Of a stretch of 64,000 nt of DNA, positions 22,620 through 35,735 are shown piece after piece. Below the pieces are notes generated by a model. The model worked only from the letters and a program-made list of their open reading frames with translations. It did not search any database and was not told the origin of the DNA. The stretch spans positions 62,001-126,000 of the forward strand of contig JBDOQK010000005.1 of assembly GCA_040437565.1 (NCBI GenBank), given 5' to 3'. The translations under genes were made by a program, and so were the position numbers. The stretch is from Albugo candida. Lineage: Eukaryota. Position 1 is the first letter of the stretch, and every line of letters begins with the position of its first letter.

Positions 22620-25600
22620 ATGCTCGAAGGACCGTTAAAGTCTTGGATCAGTCACTTTCTTGGTCAATATGTGGAAAGCCAAAATCTACAGCTAAGTACG
22701 AAATTATGGTCCGTGTCAGAAGAATTGGAACTCGTTAATTTGACTCTAAAATCATCGATCATACCAGGCTGGCTTCCATTCCAACTCAAAGCAGGTTTTA
22801 TAGGCCAATTGAACATCAATGTGCCAATAACGGCCTTATTCGGCAAAGGATCCGCAAAAGTGATATTCAAAGATGTACTAATTATACTGAAACAGCCATT
22901 GTATACTGAAGACGAAATAAACAAAGAAATAGAGAGTCGAAATAGTGAAAAAGCGAGTGATTTGAAGAAAGATATACTAAAGCGATGGTTTGGAAACGAA
23001 CAATCTGAATTCGATGTTCCAATTGAGCACGAAGGGTACTTTGGAACGGATGGATGGATTGGAAGAACGCTCTCTAAGCTTATTGATAATTTGCAGGTCG
23101 AAATTCGTAATTTTCATATCCGAATAGAGGGATTTTATAGCATCAATGTTGGCTCTACTGCATATACAAATGACTTTCCTACTATGATTCGATCGGGTAA
23201 TATATCGTCGATGTACTCTGAACGTGATACACCAAAGCAGTTTGCAATTGGGATCAGCCTCGGAGCATTATCGGCTGTGACAACCGACAGTAAGTGGCGC
23301 GTTGGGAAGGGTTTGGATGATAAAAAATCCGATTTGAATGATACGACTGAGAGCGACGAAGAGCACAAGGGAAGACTTTATAAACTGCTCAGTGTGCTCG
23401 ATGTATCTTTCTATATCGATCCGAATTCAATTCACTTTGTACATAGCAGCATACACCCACGTGTGATGCAATCGACACTGAGTCGACTGAAAGAAATGGG
23501 CTCATCTAGACCCGATCACGTCGATGGTCAATGGTCGTCAACTACCTTTTTTGAATGGTGGAACTTTGAGGAGAATGCTCGCCTTCATCGCTTCGTCCTA
23601 GCTCCTTTCTCTGCGAGTCTCAAACTCGAGATAAACTTTGCAAATTCAAGCAGCACCAATGCCGATCCACGCTACACAGCCATGTTTTACTTGTCTCGAT
23701 TGAATTGCGCTATCGATGAGAAACAGCTCTCTATATGGGGACTGATTATGGACTCATTCAATACGCATGACGAATGGCGTCACGACATGAAGATGCAACT
23801 CATCGCGGAGGAAAGACGGGCTTTGTATACAAATAGAGACGCTAGCCAACACATTGAAAAGGAGTACCTGGTATCATGGGACAAGATACTGAGTGCTAAA
23901 ATATCACAACCGGAGCACTTCCATCACATTGAGAAATCGAACGCATGGAGAGAATTGCTGCAACTCGAGCGAGACCTTCCTTTATCGTACATTGTGTATC
24001 TCCGAAACTATGGAAGTTACGAAGACGTCATGAAGAAAGCGTGTTTTTCTGAGAAGAAAAGTCGACCGGATAATGGCCCAAGAGATGTCACGTATCGCGA
24101 TACTCCCGAAGATACCCCCATTGAAGTCCATATGCAATTTCCACGTGGATCAACTGGTCTCGTGCTCACATATCATCGCTTGACACAGGAACTTATTGTG
24201 ATTGCCTCGAAGGAGGATACTGCTGCAAGTGAGAATCGCATTCGACCTCGCTCACGTCTGATCAAATTGAATGGTGAGAGCATTTTGGAAAAGGCTCCTT
24301 CTCAGTCTGCCATCGATTATCAGAAATGGCTCGATGAATTGGATCTGGATATTAAGATTTTGAGCTTTCATCTTCCGCCCGAAGAACATGCTGAGGATGT
24401 ACCATTGAATGTCGTAAGTCGGGTGAAATTCCACACGACAAAACTCAAATTCACAATTGTTAGTGCAGCACGTACGATACCGATTATCCGGTGCGTATTA
24501 TACGATGCTGCATTGAGTATGATCGGATTAGGAGATTCTCTGTTCTCGTACCATCAATACGACATTGCAATTGGTAGCTTTTTGCTTCAGAATATGATCG
24601 TCAGACATGGATTTTGGCATCAAGAGGAGCCGCTTGTGTCGTATTGTATTCTCAGCAGTGTACGACGTACTCAACGAGATCTCGGCAATTATCTACAAGA
24701 TGCTGAAAAGGAGGCAAATAGGTCGTGCTCACTTCATTTGGGCGCTGATTTCTTATATAAACAACATCAGGATGTCAAGAAAGGAAGCTATGGAGTAAAG
24801 TATCTGATTCATTTGGGAGATATTGTGGCAGTCTTCGATGAGGATAAGATCACACAATTAGTATCAGCGTTATATTCCTTCCAATATGGGATTTTGGCTC
24901 CGGAGAAGACGAGGTCTACGCACACTACCGGCGACAAAAAAGATGATACAGAGCATTGTGATCATCGATATAGCCATGGGAAAGACGGTGGTAGCACCTG
25001 TTTAAGCTCTGTAAGCACAATGGATTCCAGTAATCGGACATATGATGAAGCTGGGTTCTCGAATCTTAAAGTCGAGCAGCCAAAAGCTGAGACCCGAAAG
25101 CTTATTCGTACGACTTTTGACGTCCAATTGGGACATATTCGGATGTACATTTGCGGGAAGGATATTGAATCAAGTGAGGATGACCTTGATGCTCGTACAA
25201 ATCATGACGCATGCTCTTCCAGTCACTCGTTTGATTGCACCGAGCACGAGACTCAAGCAGCATTGGTATCGAGAGAAGCATCGTATTGGAACGTACTTCA
25301 TCAGCTGGCACCTAACGACGATCATGAGTCAAAAGCGGATGGAGGGACACGTTCTCACGACCTGAATATGTTCCCACGCGATTGGATCCAATACAATGAA
25401 GCTGTCGTAAACGTACAACGTCATATTCGTGGATTCCTTGCACGTAAATTACCGATTCCGCGAATGGTTCTGAAGGCGCACTCTTCCGTGAGAAGAATCG
25501 ATTATGCAAAGTTTGGCTGGCTGTACAAGCGCGACGATACATTGACATTCTGTCGATGGCAGCGATATTGGTGCTACATGAATTCTGAAGGCGATTTCTT

Positions 25601-28600
25601 TGTGTATAACAACGGCAGCGGTGCTGGTCTTGTCACTCGCTTCAGCGTGGCCACATGTGGTACGACTCTGATGAGAAATGGAAGAGGTCCGTGGGGCTTG
25701 CCTTGTCACCTAAAGAACAGTGGAACGCCAATATTAGAGATCAGTGACGCAAATCGTCAGATTTTGGGTGTGTTTAGCGACAAAAAGATATCTGTGCTGG
25801 AAGAATGGAAAAAAGCCATTGAGAAGATGTCGGAACACTTAAAAGATCGTTTGGCTTATGGCTCCCTTTTAGCTTCAGTCGATTTCGATCAAATGCAGGA
25901 CCGACGTCCGCCCGTAAAAGAAGACATTGGTCCGTCATATCAGTCTCCATTCAGCAGCATTGCCGATATGATGCGAGGATACGATTACTTTCTCGAATCT
26001 GGATTCTTAGACACGTATACGAGGAGCAAGGAATTGCAAAAGATGCACACAAATTGGCTGGTTTTGGATGTGATTAACGTCACATTCACTTGTGATATTT
26101 GCAACGAGAATATCGGGAATCACACTGCGTTTCAATCGAATCTCACTGCTCAGTCGATGACGCTTTTAGATTACCGACGCTTTGATATTGGACGTCCGGC
26201 AGTCTTTCACATTGGAGATGAGTTTCTAAGCTTTCAGAAGAATACTTTTCTCCCGTCCCGAGTCATTTTGAATCCGTTTTTCGCAACGAAAAACACGTAT
26301 GTATCAGTGAATGCGACATATGGAAGTGTATTTCGAGACACGGACGATTTCTTTGTCGGTCAGAAGCGAGCGAGTTTGAAAATCTCTTTGGCAGGATGGG
26401 TAATGCCGCTAACAATTCTGTCCTCCATTATGGATATCTCTGCAGCATTGAGTGTTCTTTGGCGAGAGAATCCTTCAGATTCGTATACGACTGGAACAAT
26501 AAAGTATCAGACGCAGGACAATGAACGACATCCGAATGGTACAGAGTCCAGAGATACATTGGATCGAGCACAATCTTCAGTGCCAGCTCGTATCACTGCC
26601 CAGACTACCTCGACTGCTCCGGGTATGGATTCATTAGCGGGAAATGCGCTTTTACAGGTGACAGAGCTGTGTCTCCAGCTACAAGCACCAATGATTGAAG
26701 CCTACATCGAAGACATTGATTGTGTGGTGAAACTCACCCTCGAGAAAGTCGTGTGCTCACTACGAGCTGGCTCGTACGCTGAAGAGCTCACAATCAATCT
26801 TGGTCCAACTGCGCTGTATTTGCTGACAAACGAAATGGCATTACGATTAGTTCAGCTGAATAAACTCTACGTGGAGTATGAGCTTGCGGTATGGAAACAA
26901 GCTCAGGAGAATTGGTCGAATGGTTCGTTTGCTAAATCGTCCATTCGCAAAGAAAAAAGATGGAAGTCGCGAGAGGAGAAATCAAAACGACCGCTTTGCT
27001 ACCGTTTTGTGGATATTCGGATCGGACAGATCAAATTGGAAGCAGATCGACGTCTCCAACTCTTATTCGCGTTGATAGAGGCGCTCACACAGCCCAGCAC
27101 AAATGACGACATGGAGCAGTCTCTACCGTGGAAGTATGGAGAGGAATCGCATCCAGAGCATTTGTCCCTTGATGAACGACACAGGCAATCGATACAGTCG
27201 ACTAAAAGTCGATCGGGAGGTCGTTCCAAACGAGTTCTCGAACCACCATCGACTCTCTTTTCATCCATTCTTGATGACGAGAACGATCCATTTCGTACGG
27301 GATCCGGCTTGGTCGATAGCCATCTACTCGACCAACTTACATACCCTATCAGTGGCTTCTCACGCTCAGAGCATACTTTACGACCAGGCTTTCCATTGTC
27401 ATTCACAAAAAATAAAGATTCCGGCTCCTCTCCAAATTTGCGTCGCTCCTTCGACTTTTCTCCACATTTTCGGAAGCGATTCTCTTTCAGCAGCAATCAC
27501 AATGCTCCAATCAGTGGTGCACACTCACAAGCTCCTTATGAACGCGTGACAAATCGATGCGACGACATGCTCCTTGGACCACTTATGAGTTATCAGACGT
27601 ATATTGTCATCATCAAGGACAAAGCTCGATGCTACGGAGGTGAGAAATGCCATTCCATGCCGATTCGAGGAGCTCCGTCATCATCGAGTAGGAAATGGGC
27701 TCATGGATCTTCCGATCCTGGAATGAAATCCACTGGAAAGTCATTTCTGTACGGGCTTAAGCTTCGGAAGGGACGAGTATACGACTGCATTTTCTTCCAT
27801 TGTGATGCGATTGTCTTGGAAGTGATCAAACGGAGCTTATCGATCGTTGCACTCGACACTTACATTCCAGTTATGAACTTTGCACTTCGCGATATCAATG
27901 CAGAAATTCTCACCAATTCCGAGCTCAGCAGCGATTACGGCGTGAGTGCTAGTATCGGGATCTGTGCTCAGTATTACAACAACGCACTCGCCGATTGGGA
28001 GCCTTTCATTGAGCCATGGAGAGTCAATGCTCTCCTTAGAAAACAAGATGATTCTCCCAATAGAACCACAGGCTTTGAAGTCAGACCACAGGAATCCCCG
28101 CATGGAATCAAAGGGAGACTTCAACCACCTCAATGTGTCGAAACGACAATATGTTTGAGCGCGATGGAGCGTTTAAATATCAATTTCACGCACTCACTCG
28201 TCTGTTTGCTGTGCAGTGTGGCGAAAAATCGACAAAAACAAGTTTCTTCGATAGAGAAACGAAAGCCTGCAGCCGTAGCAGCCGATAGTGAGGCAAGAAA
28301 GCAAGATGGACGCGTTTGTGTACTGAACAATTTAGGAGTGCCAATACGTTTAGCGAATTTGAACACATCTCGACGTGGAAGCCTGTTCATAGAGATACGC
28401 GATGGCTGGGCTTTCCCGAGCTATTCTCGCTTTCACAACATTCGCATGGAGGTAGTATTACTTCCTTGGTGGAGTCCACGTCAAGGAGAAACGCTGGAGC
28501 AGCTTCAACATGTATTTATCCTTCCCTATTGTGGAGCTCAATCTGGTGTAACACCGATTCTGAGAGTTGCAGTGTCGACAGCTGTCGATGAGAAGATCAT

Positions 28601-31600
28601 GACAAATGCAAAATCGTTTGAAGATGATACGGATCCATTGCCTGACCCATTTAGTATTGTGAATGAGAAGGATGGAATAGAATTGAGAGCATGGGGGAGC
28701 GCTACTGCATTGAAGCCCTCGGACGATAGTATGGAGCACTGGGAGGCAGAAAGAGACTTGGATCCACTTGGTCCAAAAAACGTTGAGAAGAAATATTGGC
28801 AATTATTGGGCGTCGCTGAAGTCAATTTGGCGGCAACAGTGATGGGATATGGGACCTCAGCGGAACAAATGAGACTCACACGATGGTTTCGTCTTCATGA
28901 TGCTCGCGGTGCACCGACTGGCGAAGTGTTACTTCATCTGAAATTCATCCCTTCCGACTTGCCCGAATCCGAGAAATCTGACTTTGAGGATCCCAAAGTC
29001 GTAAAAGACGGTCAGTTTTTAGTATTCGATCCATTGAAAATGGTATCCGTTGGTCACAGAACCCGGGAAAGCTGTACCGCCTCATCTATCTCCAAGACGC
29101 TCGAAACAGAATTAGAAAACGGACATGAAAATCAAACAGAAGACGAACGAAATGCATCGCAATTGCAACACATTATATTGGCAGATAGCCTTCGTGGAGC
29201 TTATATACCTCCTTTAGCCCTGGAAATACTTCTGGACAACAAACGATACAACTTGCTTTGCCCTTTACGACGTGCAGGCAAATTTCTTATCCAATGCGAC
29301 AATTTGACCGCAGAAGTCAAAGTAGCCCAACGCGATGAAACCCGTCGTGTGCTGCTGCTGAACTCACCTGTGCAGCTTAAAAATGGTACGTTGGCTAATG
29401 TCATTGTGTACATTGACTCACATGCGCTTTTGTGCAGAGACCCAAGCGAATGCTGTGTTTTGGACCAAGCAACTCGATCAAAAAGCATTGGAAGCAAAGG
29501 TATTGATAGGCGCTCTTTTCCCCTTTGGAATGACTCACGGAAGAATGCTTCTGCAGGACCTTTTACCGGAAAACGATCAACATGCGATCTACTTGAAAGC
29601 CAACTCGAAAATCTCTGTGCCATTGAGCGCTCTTCACGGCGAAAAGAAGCATTCCATTATCATGAGTGTGAATAATTGCACTCCACGCGTAATTGCAGAT
29701 CTCGATGATCTCAATCCGGGCACATTACTTCTCTACTGGAGCGCCGAAAACGACGAGGAACATCCCAATTCGGAAGGTCTGCGGACTGAAACACCGTATC
29801 GAAGAAGAAATTCGAGTTTAAGTCATTCAAAAGCTTTCTCAGAGAACTCTGGCATCGCGCAGTTATGGGGATACTGCTTCCTTGTGACGATTGCTTCACA
29901 CACGAGGAAAGTATATCGTGAAGATCAGCAGACACTGCCTGCAAATGAAGGCGGTAATATGATCTACAGACCCAAGCAAGAAAAACTCGGTCATCCAGCG
30001 AAATTCTACAAGGGCGATGACGATACCTCTCATCATCGCGGGGCTTCCTATGCGAAATGGAGCGAGGTCGATACTCAGTCCTACGCGACCAAACATCAAA
30101 TAAGTCTGCACGCGTGCCTGCTCTTCGAAAACACATTACCCGTTCGGGTGCAGTACAAAGTCGTTTTGGAGAAGACAGCTCAAAGAGAAGAAATCGTTAT
30201 TCGGGCTGGAACTTTGTCGCCTGGGAAAAGCGTTCGCATTTATGAATTCCAAAAGGACGCTGTGCTTCAATTACGCCTTCCCGAAATGGACACAATGTGG
30301 ACAAAACCGATTCTGTTGGCGGAATGTATCTATCGAGAAAGCACGATGCGTGAGCAGGAGCGAAATCTGCTTGGATTGCCTAAAGTTGCTGTAAAACCAC
30401 GAGCTGTCCGACCCGTAGCAGTGGCGTCTTCAGCAGCAGCAGCGGTCTTAACCTCAGTACAACGGAAAATATCTCAGCACGATCGTGTGGTGGAATTCTA
30501 CCCCAAAGCTCCGTCGTTGAATATGATGTTTGAAAAAGAAGAAATGGAAGCGAAAAAAGTGATCACAAGAATGGATTTCACACAGTCTGATAACCAGAGT
30601 CCGCGAATTGTATTATACGCATCGATTTGGATCTATAATCAATCGCATATGAGCACGTTGATGTTTCGGGATGCAAATGACTCGACTGCAAGCTCGACTA
30701 TTGTTTACGCGCCTCAGATCGTCCCAGAACACCCGAATCCAAAGCTTATGGACTGTCCGTCACACAGCTTTGAAATGAACACTCGTGTCGATCATGAGAT
30801 CGCTCGATGGTCTGATAAATTGCATTCGGCTGTCGTTGGAGTGCAAGATCCCATCACATTCGAATTTGGCAGAATCGATTTGAGACGAAATAAAAAACGA
30901 TTTGAGGTCGGCGTCTCTATTGAGCGTCCGCTTGGGCAATTCCACAGAACAGCAAAAGTACTTGTGGCACCTCGCTTTGTTTTTGTGAATCAGACACAAG
31001 TCACATTTAAAATCTCACAAAGTTGCAGAGAGAATGATTCCAATGTCGTGGAAGTCGAGCCGTGTTACAAATATTTCTTCGATTCGGCTACAAACACAAT
31101 GGATCCAGTTCTTGCAGCTGGGTCGACATTGTCCCCGTCGATGGGGAGCGCTTCTCAATCCGCTCGAGAGAGAGCTGGCTACGAAGAAATGGAGCATGTA
31201 TCTGGTGGGCCGCTCGTATGGACTCCGTTCGATTTCCTGTATTCCGATTCCATCGCACAAACGCGGAAACGAAGGGTATTCATTAAAATGGCTCACGCAA
31301 CCGCTCAATGGAGTGGTCCTTTTGCAATCGATTACGAAAAAGAATTTCCACTTCGTCTACGAGGCGGTGTCGCTCCAAGTTGGTCGAGTACGATGTCATG
31401 GACTCGGCCCAACAAGGACAAAGACGATCCTTTGGCCAAGTTCGAATTGGCTTCAGGAGCATTTGCTCAGTATCGACTTCGCATACGAATCACTGCAGTT
31501 GGTGCCACGATGGTGATTACATTGATGAAAGATGACCCACCCATGTTTTTCATTCGTAATGAATCGACATTGGAGCTCCATGTGAGTCAAGCACGGGCTT

Positions 31601-34600
31601 CAGAGAGCTCCATGATGCTACAAAGCGGTGAATACGTTCCGTTTGCGTGGGATCGGCCGGAAAAAACAACGTACGTGAAAAAGCCTTTCACTCGAACGCT
31701 TGTGTGCTGATATTTGTTGCTCTGCGTAGTCGGGTTAGCTGTCGCGTAAGCTCACCGAAAACAAGGGCTTTTGGTATCGAATGGAATCGGACAAGTGTCA
31801 AAGTCCCGCGGTTGTTTGATTTCGAGAATTTGGATCGTGAGAAAGGAATTGTCGAATTGACGCGNNNNNNNNNNNNNNNNNNNNNNNNNNNNNNNNNNNN
31901 NNNNNNNNNNNNNNNNNNNNNNNNNNNNNNNNNNNNNNNNNNNNNNNNNNNNNNNNNNNNNNNNTGCTCTGCGTAGTCGGGTTAGCTGTCGCGTAAGCTC
32001 ACCGAAAACAAGGGCTTTTGGTATCGAATGGAATCGGACAAGTGTCAAAGTCCCGCGGTTGTTTGATTTCGAGAATTTGGATCGTGAGAAAGGAATTGTC
32101 GAATTGACGCGTTGGTTTTATGGTCGAAGCATTTCTGGGGAAATCAAAGTGGAGAAATCATCTCGAGTGCTCGTGTTCAAAGATCAAGTTGCAAAGAAGG
32201 AGCCTGAATATTTGATGGAGATCAAAATCTTATCGACCAAGATGCGAACACGTGAAGGACCCGATACACTTGGTCGGTTTTGTGTCCAGATCATGCAAGA
32301 GGTAGTAGCGATGCTCTTGGTGCTTTTTGTTGGCATGTCGCTTACACATGAGCTTGTAGAAACGATTCACAGAGTACAAGGAACGCAAAAACTCCAATTT
32401 GTATCGATTTGACTCCGAATTGGCATTTTCATTCCGCTCGCGACCAAAGCATTTGAAATTGACATTATGTGAGACCAGTAAGGTGAATGCTCAATTGGAT
32501 CAATTGAATGATCAGAGAGACGTTTCTTCCATCAGCATTCACGATAAGGAAGATCCGATACGAGCGTCTAAACACCAGGATATCAGTGCCGGGAACATGG
32601 TCGATTTGACTCGATTTGAAGATGACGATCACCGTTTTGGATTGTATCGATCGATACAAACTCCTGATCAATGGTGTAGGCAAATCTCCAATATCCCAAA
32701 CTGCGATAGCGATCGTCCTAACGACTTGGAAGACGATTTGATACAGTCTCAATCCTCCTCCAGCTCTGAAGAAGTCGATAATGCTTCACGGCTTTTGCAT
32801 ACAAATGTGCTGGGATCAGCGTGCAAATTGGGTCGACTTAAAATCCGCATTCCAGCCAAAATATGGGCACAAAATCACAACGATCAACGCCATTTTGACA
32901 GTATTGCATCAATTGGACCTAATTGCCTATCTCATGCGGCTGCTTTATCCTATACGTGTGGGTATGATGCTGGGCAACCAGCTCTAAATGGAGCCTTTTA
33001 TGGTGCTGCTGTGAGCAATGAGAGCAATTGGTGGGCTTTACAGGATTCAGAAAGCGGTGATATCATCGGTGAAGTCCAGCTAGCTTTTAAATGTCNNNNN
33101 NNNNNNNNNNNNNNNNNNNNNNNNNNNNNNNNNNNNNNNNNNNNNNNNNNNNNNNNNNNNNNNNNNNNNNNNNNNNNNNNNNNNNNNNNNNNNNNCTATC
33201 TCATGCGGCTGCTTTATCCTATACGTGTGGGTATGATGCTGGGCAACCAGCTCTAAATGGAGCCTTTTATGGTGCTGCTGTGAGCAATGAGAGCAATTGG
33301 TGGGCTTTACAGGATTCAGAAAGCGGTGATATCATCGGTGAAGTCCAGCTAGCTTTTAAATGTCGACGGACATTTGTCCCAGCTGCTTCTATGGCTTCCG
33401 ATTTCTTCAATATTTCCGTCACAATCCCAAGTATTGGCATATCGTTTCTGCATAATTCGACACCGAATCAAAGTATGTTGGAAGTTGCATTCCTCTCATT
33501 ACAGCGGATGTCGTTATTGTATTCCTGCGTAAATGGACAAAACAGTGAGGTCGTTTTCCGTCTTGGAAATCTTCAAATGGATAACCAAATGGACGCTGAG
33601 GTCGTTGTTGGGCCTAAAATTCAAAAAGTCGATCGAGGAGTATCCATTCGACTTCGTGATCGACTAAAAGCCTGTTTAGACTATCGCTATCGTGGGATTT
33701 TGAGCAATGATATCGGGATGCTGCAGAATTCCACATCATTCAAAACCCCGAATAATGTCGTTCATTTCCGAATGCTTTGGAATGCACAATGTGTTGCTGG
33801 AGACATTACCCACTACGAGCTCATCCAGCTGGCTATTCAAGAATTGGAGATGTCAACCGATGAGAAGTTTATTGTGAATTTGATTATCGTATTTCAAGGC
33901 CTCGAGATCTTGACGCGACAGCATTCCTTCGATGAGATTGTCGATTCAGAAATTAGTTTTGTCGATGAGAAAGCAGCCCTCGCAGCCGCGTACGTGGCAA
34001 ATCTTGCGTCTAGAGGTCTTGTGAATACGATGCTGGAGTATGAGAATCAGAAGGATGCCATGAGACGAAGACAACGGGATGCAGACACCGAAGCTGCTGC
34101 GATAACGAAACTCGCATCATTGAATCCAACAAATCAGAGCATATACGTTGAGGAATTGCAAATTGATGGAATTCGGATTCAGNNNNNNNNNNNNNNNNNN
34201 NNNNNNNNNNNNNNNNNNNNNNNNNNNNNNNNNNNNNNNNNNNNNNNNNNNNNNNNNNNNNNNNNNNNNNNNNNNNNNNNNNCTGGCTATTCAAGAATTG
34301 GAGATGTCAACCGATGAGAAGTTTATTGTGAATTTGATTATCGTATTTCAAGGCCTCGAGATCTTGACGCGACAGCATTCCTTCGATGAGATTGTCGATT
34401 CAGAAATTAGTTTTGTCGATGAGAAAGCAGCCCTCGCAGCCGCGTACGTGGCAAATCTTGCGTCTAGAGGTCTTGTGAATACGATGCTGGAGTATGAGAA
34501 TCAGAAGGATGCCATGAGACGAAGACAACGGGATGCAGACACCGAAGCTGCTGCGATAACGAAACTCGCATCATTGAATCCAACAAATCAGAGCATATAC

Positions 34601-35449
34601 GTTGAGGAATTGCAAATTGATGGAATTCGGATTCAGTTCAGTGTCGAGCTGAATGGTGGAAGATATATTCGGACATTGGGCTCTGTAGGCAGAAGACTTG
34701 CAACGTATTTTCCCGAATCGAATGTGAAGGATCTCGGGTTGAATCTGCCGAAAGCGACATTCAGTCACATTTACAATTCCCAAGCGACGATCATTCGATC
34801 TCTGTTGTATCATTATCGTCATCATGCCGTTCTTGTGGTCGTTCGTGGCTTGCATACAGTTTCTCTGTATGCAAATCCATTACGAATTTGTTATCGATTT
34901 CTGCATGGAATTATTGAGCTGATACGTCTCCCACTACGAGGATTGATGTCGGGAAGTCCCATTGAGCTGTTAAACGGCGCGTATTTGGGCGTTCGAGCTC
35001 TTGTCATGAATCTCATCAGTGGAGGATACGAAATTGTGGCTGGAGCGGCAGGACTTTTGACCATTTTTGTAGGTCTTATTCTCCCAGAAAGCAAACGTCG
35101 AGCCTTTGAAGAGGATATGTTTGCATTCCAGCGATCTGTTATGGAAGAAGTGGATGCGTTTGACGCACAGGAAGAACGCGCAATGGTCAAGACAATTGTA
35201 CGACAGCCGCGGAAATTCGATGCCGGAAATATCGGTCTGCTTACAGTGTACGGCCCCGGAGCGCTTCCAATCGAGGAGCAGTCTCAAATTGATTACAACG
35301 CGGCTGTTATGATCCAAGAATGGTGGCGGCGTAGACGGCTTGCGGAGAAATTGATGGAGCATGTAAGAGAATTAAATCCGAATTTTGAGACGATCACGGA
35401 AGAAAAAACTATCAAGACCAGTCATTGGAAAGAATGCCTTATTTTATGA
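22620..35449 (+). CDS. VPS13: Giant VPS13-family lipid-transfer protein, multi-exon, spanning three gap overlaps
   Basis: Chorein_N (LGQYVE..LPFQLKAGFIGQLNINVP..LIDNLQVEIRNFHIRIE), YYNNALADWEPFIEPW, VAB-type repeats (VLNNLGVPI, LFENTLPV, PRFVFVNQT, FFIRNES..PFAWDRP) and a C-terminal SIGISF..LQMDNQ. Intron 29386-29437 joins the two long ORFs (LKN|ETQANAVFW). Confidence 0.88.
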
Positions 35450-35735
35450 TCAATATATCGACATTTTGTCATCTGATTGTGACGGGGTTCGCCTGCAAAG
35501 TTGGACGACAAATTGCAGTCATTTTCATTGTAGATGCTACTTTCGGGCATTTAAGCCAATCACAAAAATAATATTATCTATCCAATCATAAATGATTAGT
35601 GATCGTGTTGATAAAATACAATACGAGGATTGGTCAAATGAAAGAAACGGCCTAACCCTTTCCCGAAGCATTTTTTGACTCAATAATTTCTCATTTTTGG
35701 AGTAACTTGGAGCTCACACAGCGCTTGCAGCATTC

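Noticed and set aside
26999-29623. Several 100-165 aa antisense or alternative-frame ORFs
   Set aside because: They are shadows of the long VPS13 exon with no recognisable motifs
29383-29675. Overlap of two long VPS13 ORFs suggesting a programmed frameshift or two genes
   Set aside because: Explained by a 52-nt GTACGT..TGCAG intron at 29386-29437
31718-34636. Internal repeats in VPS13 (31718-31864/31965-32111, 32927-33095/33196-33364, 33829-34182/34283-34636)
   Set aside because: Each pair directly flanks an N-gap, and collapsing them restores a continuous gene
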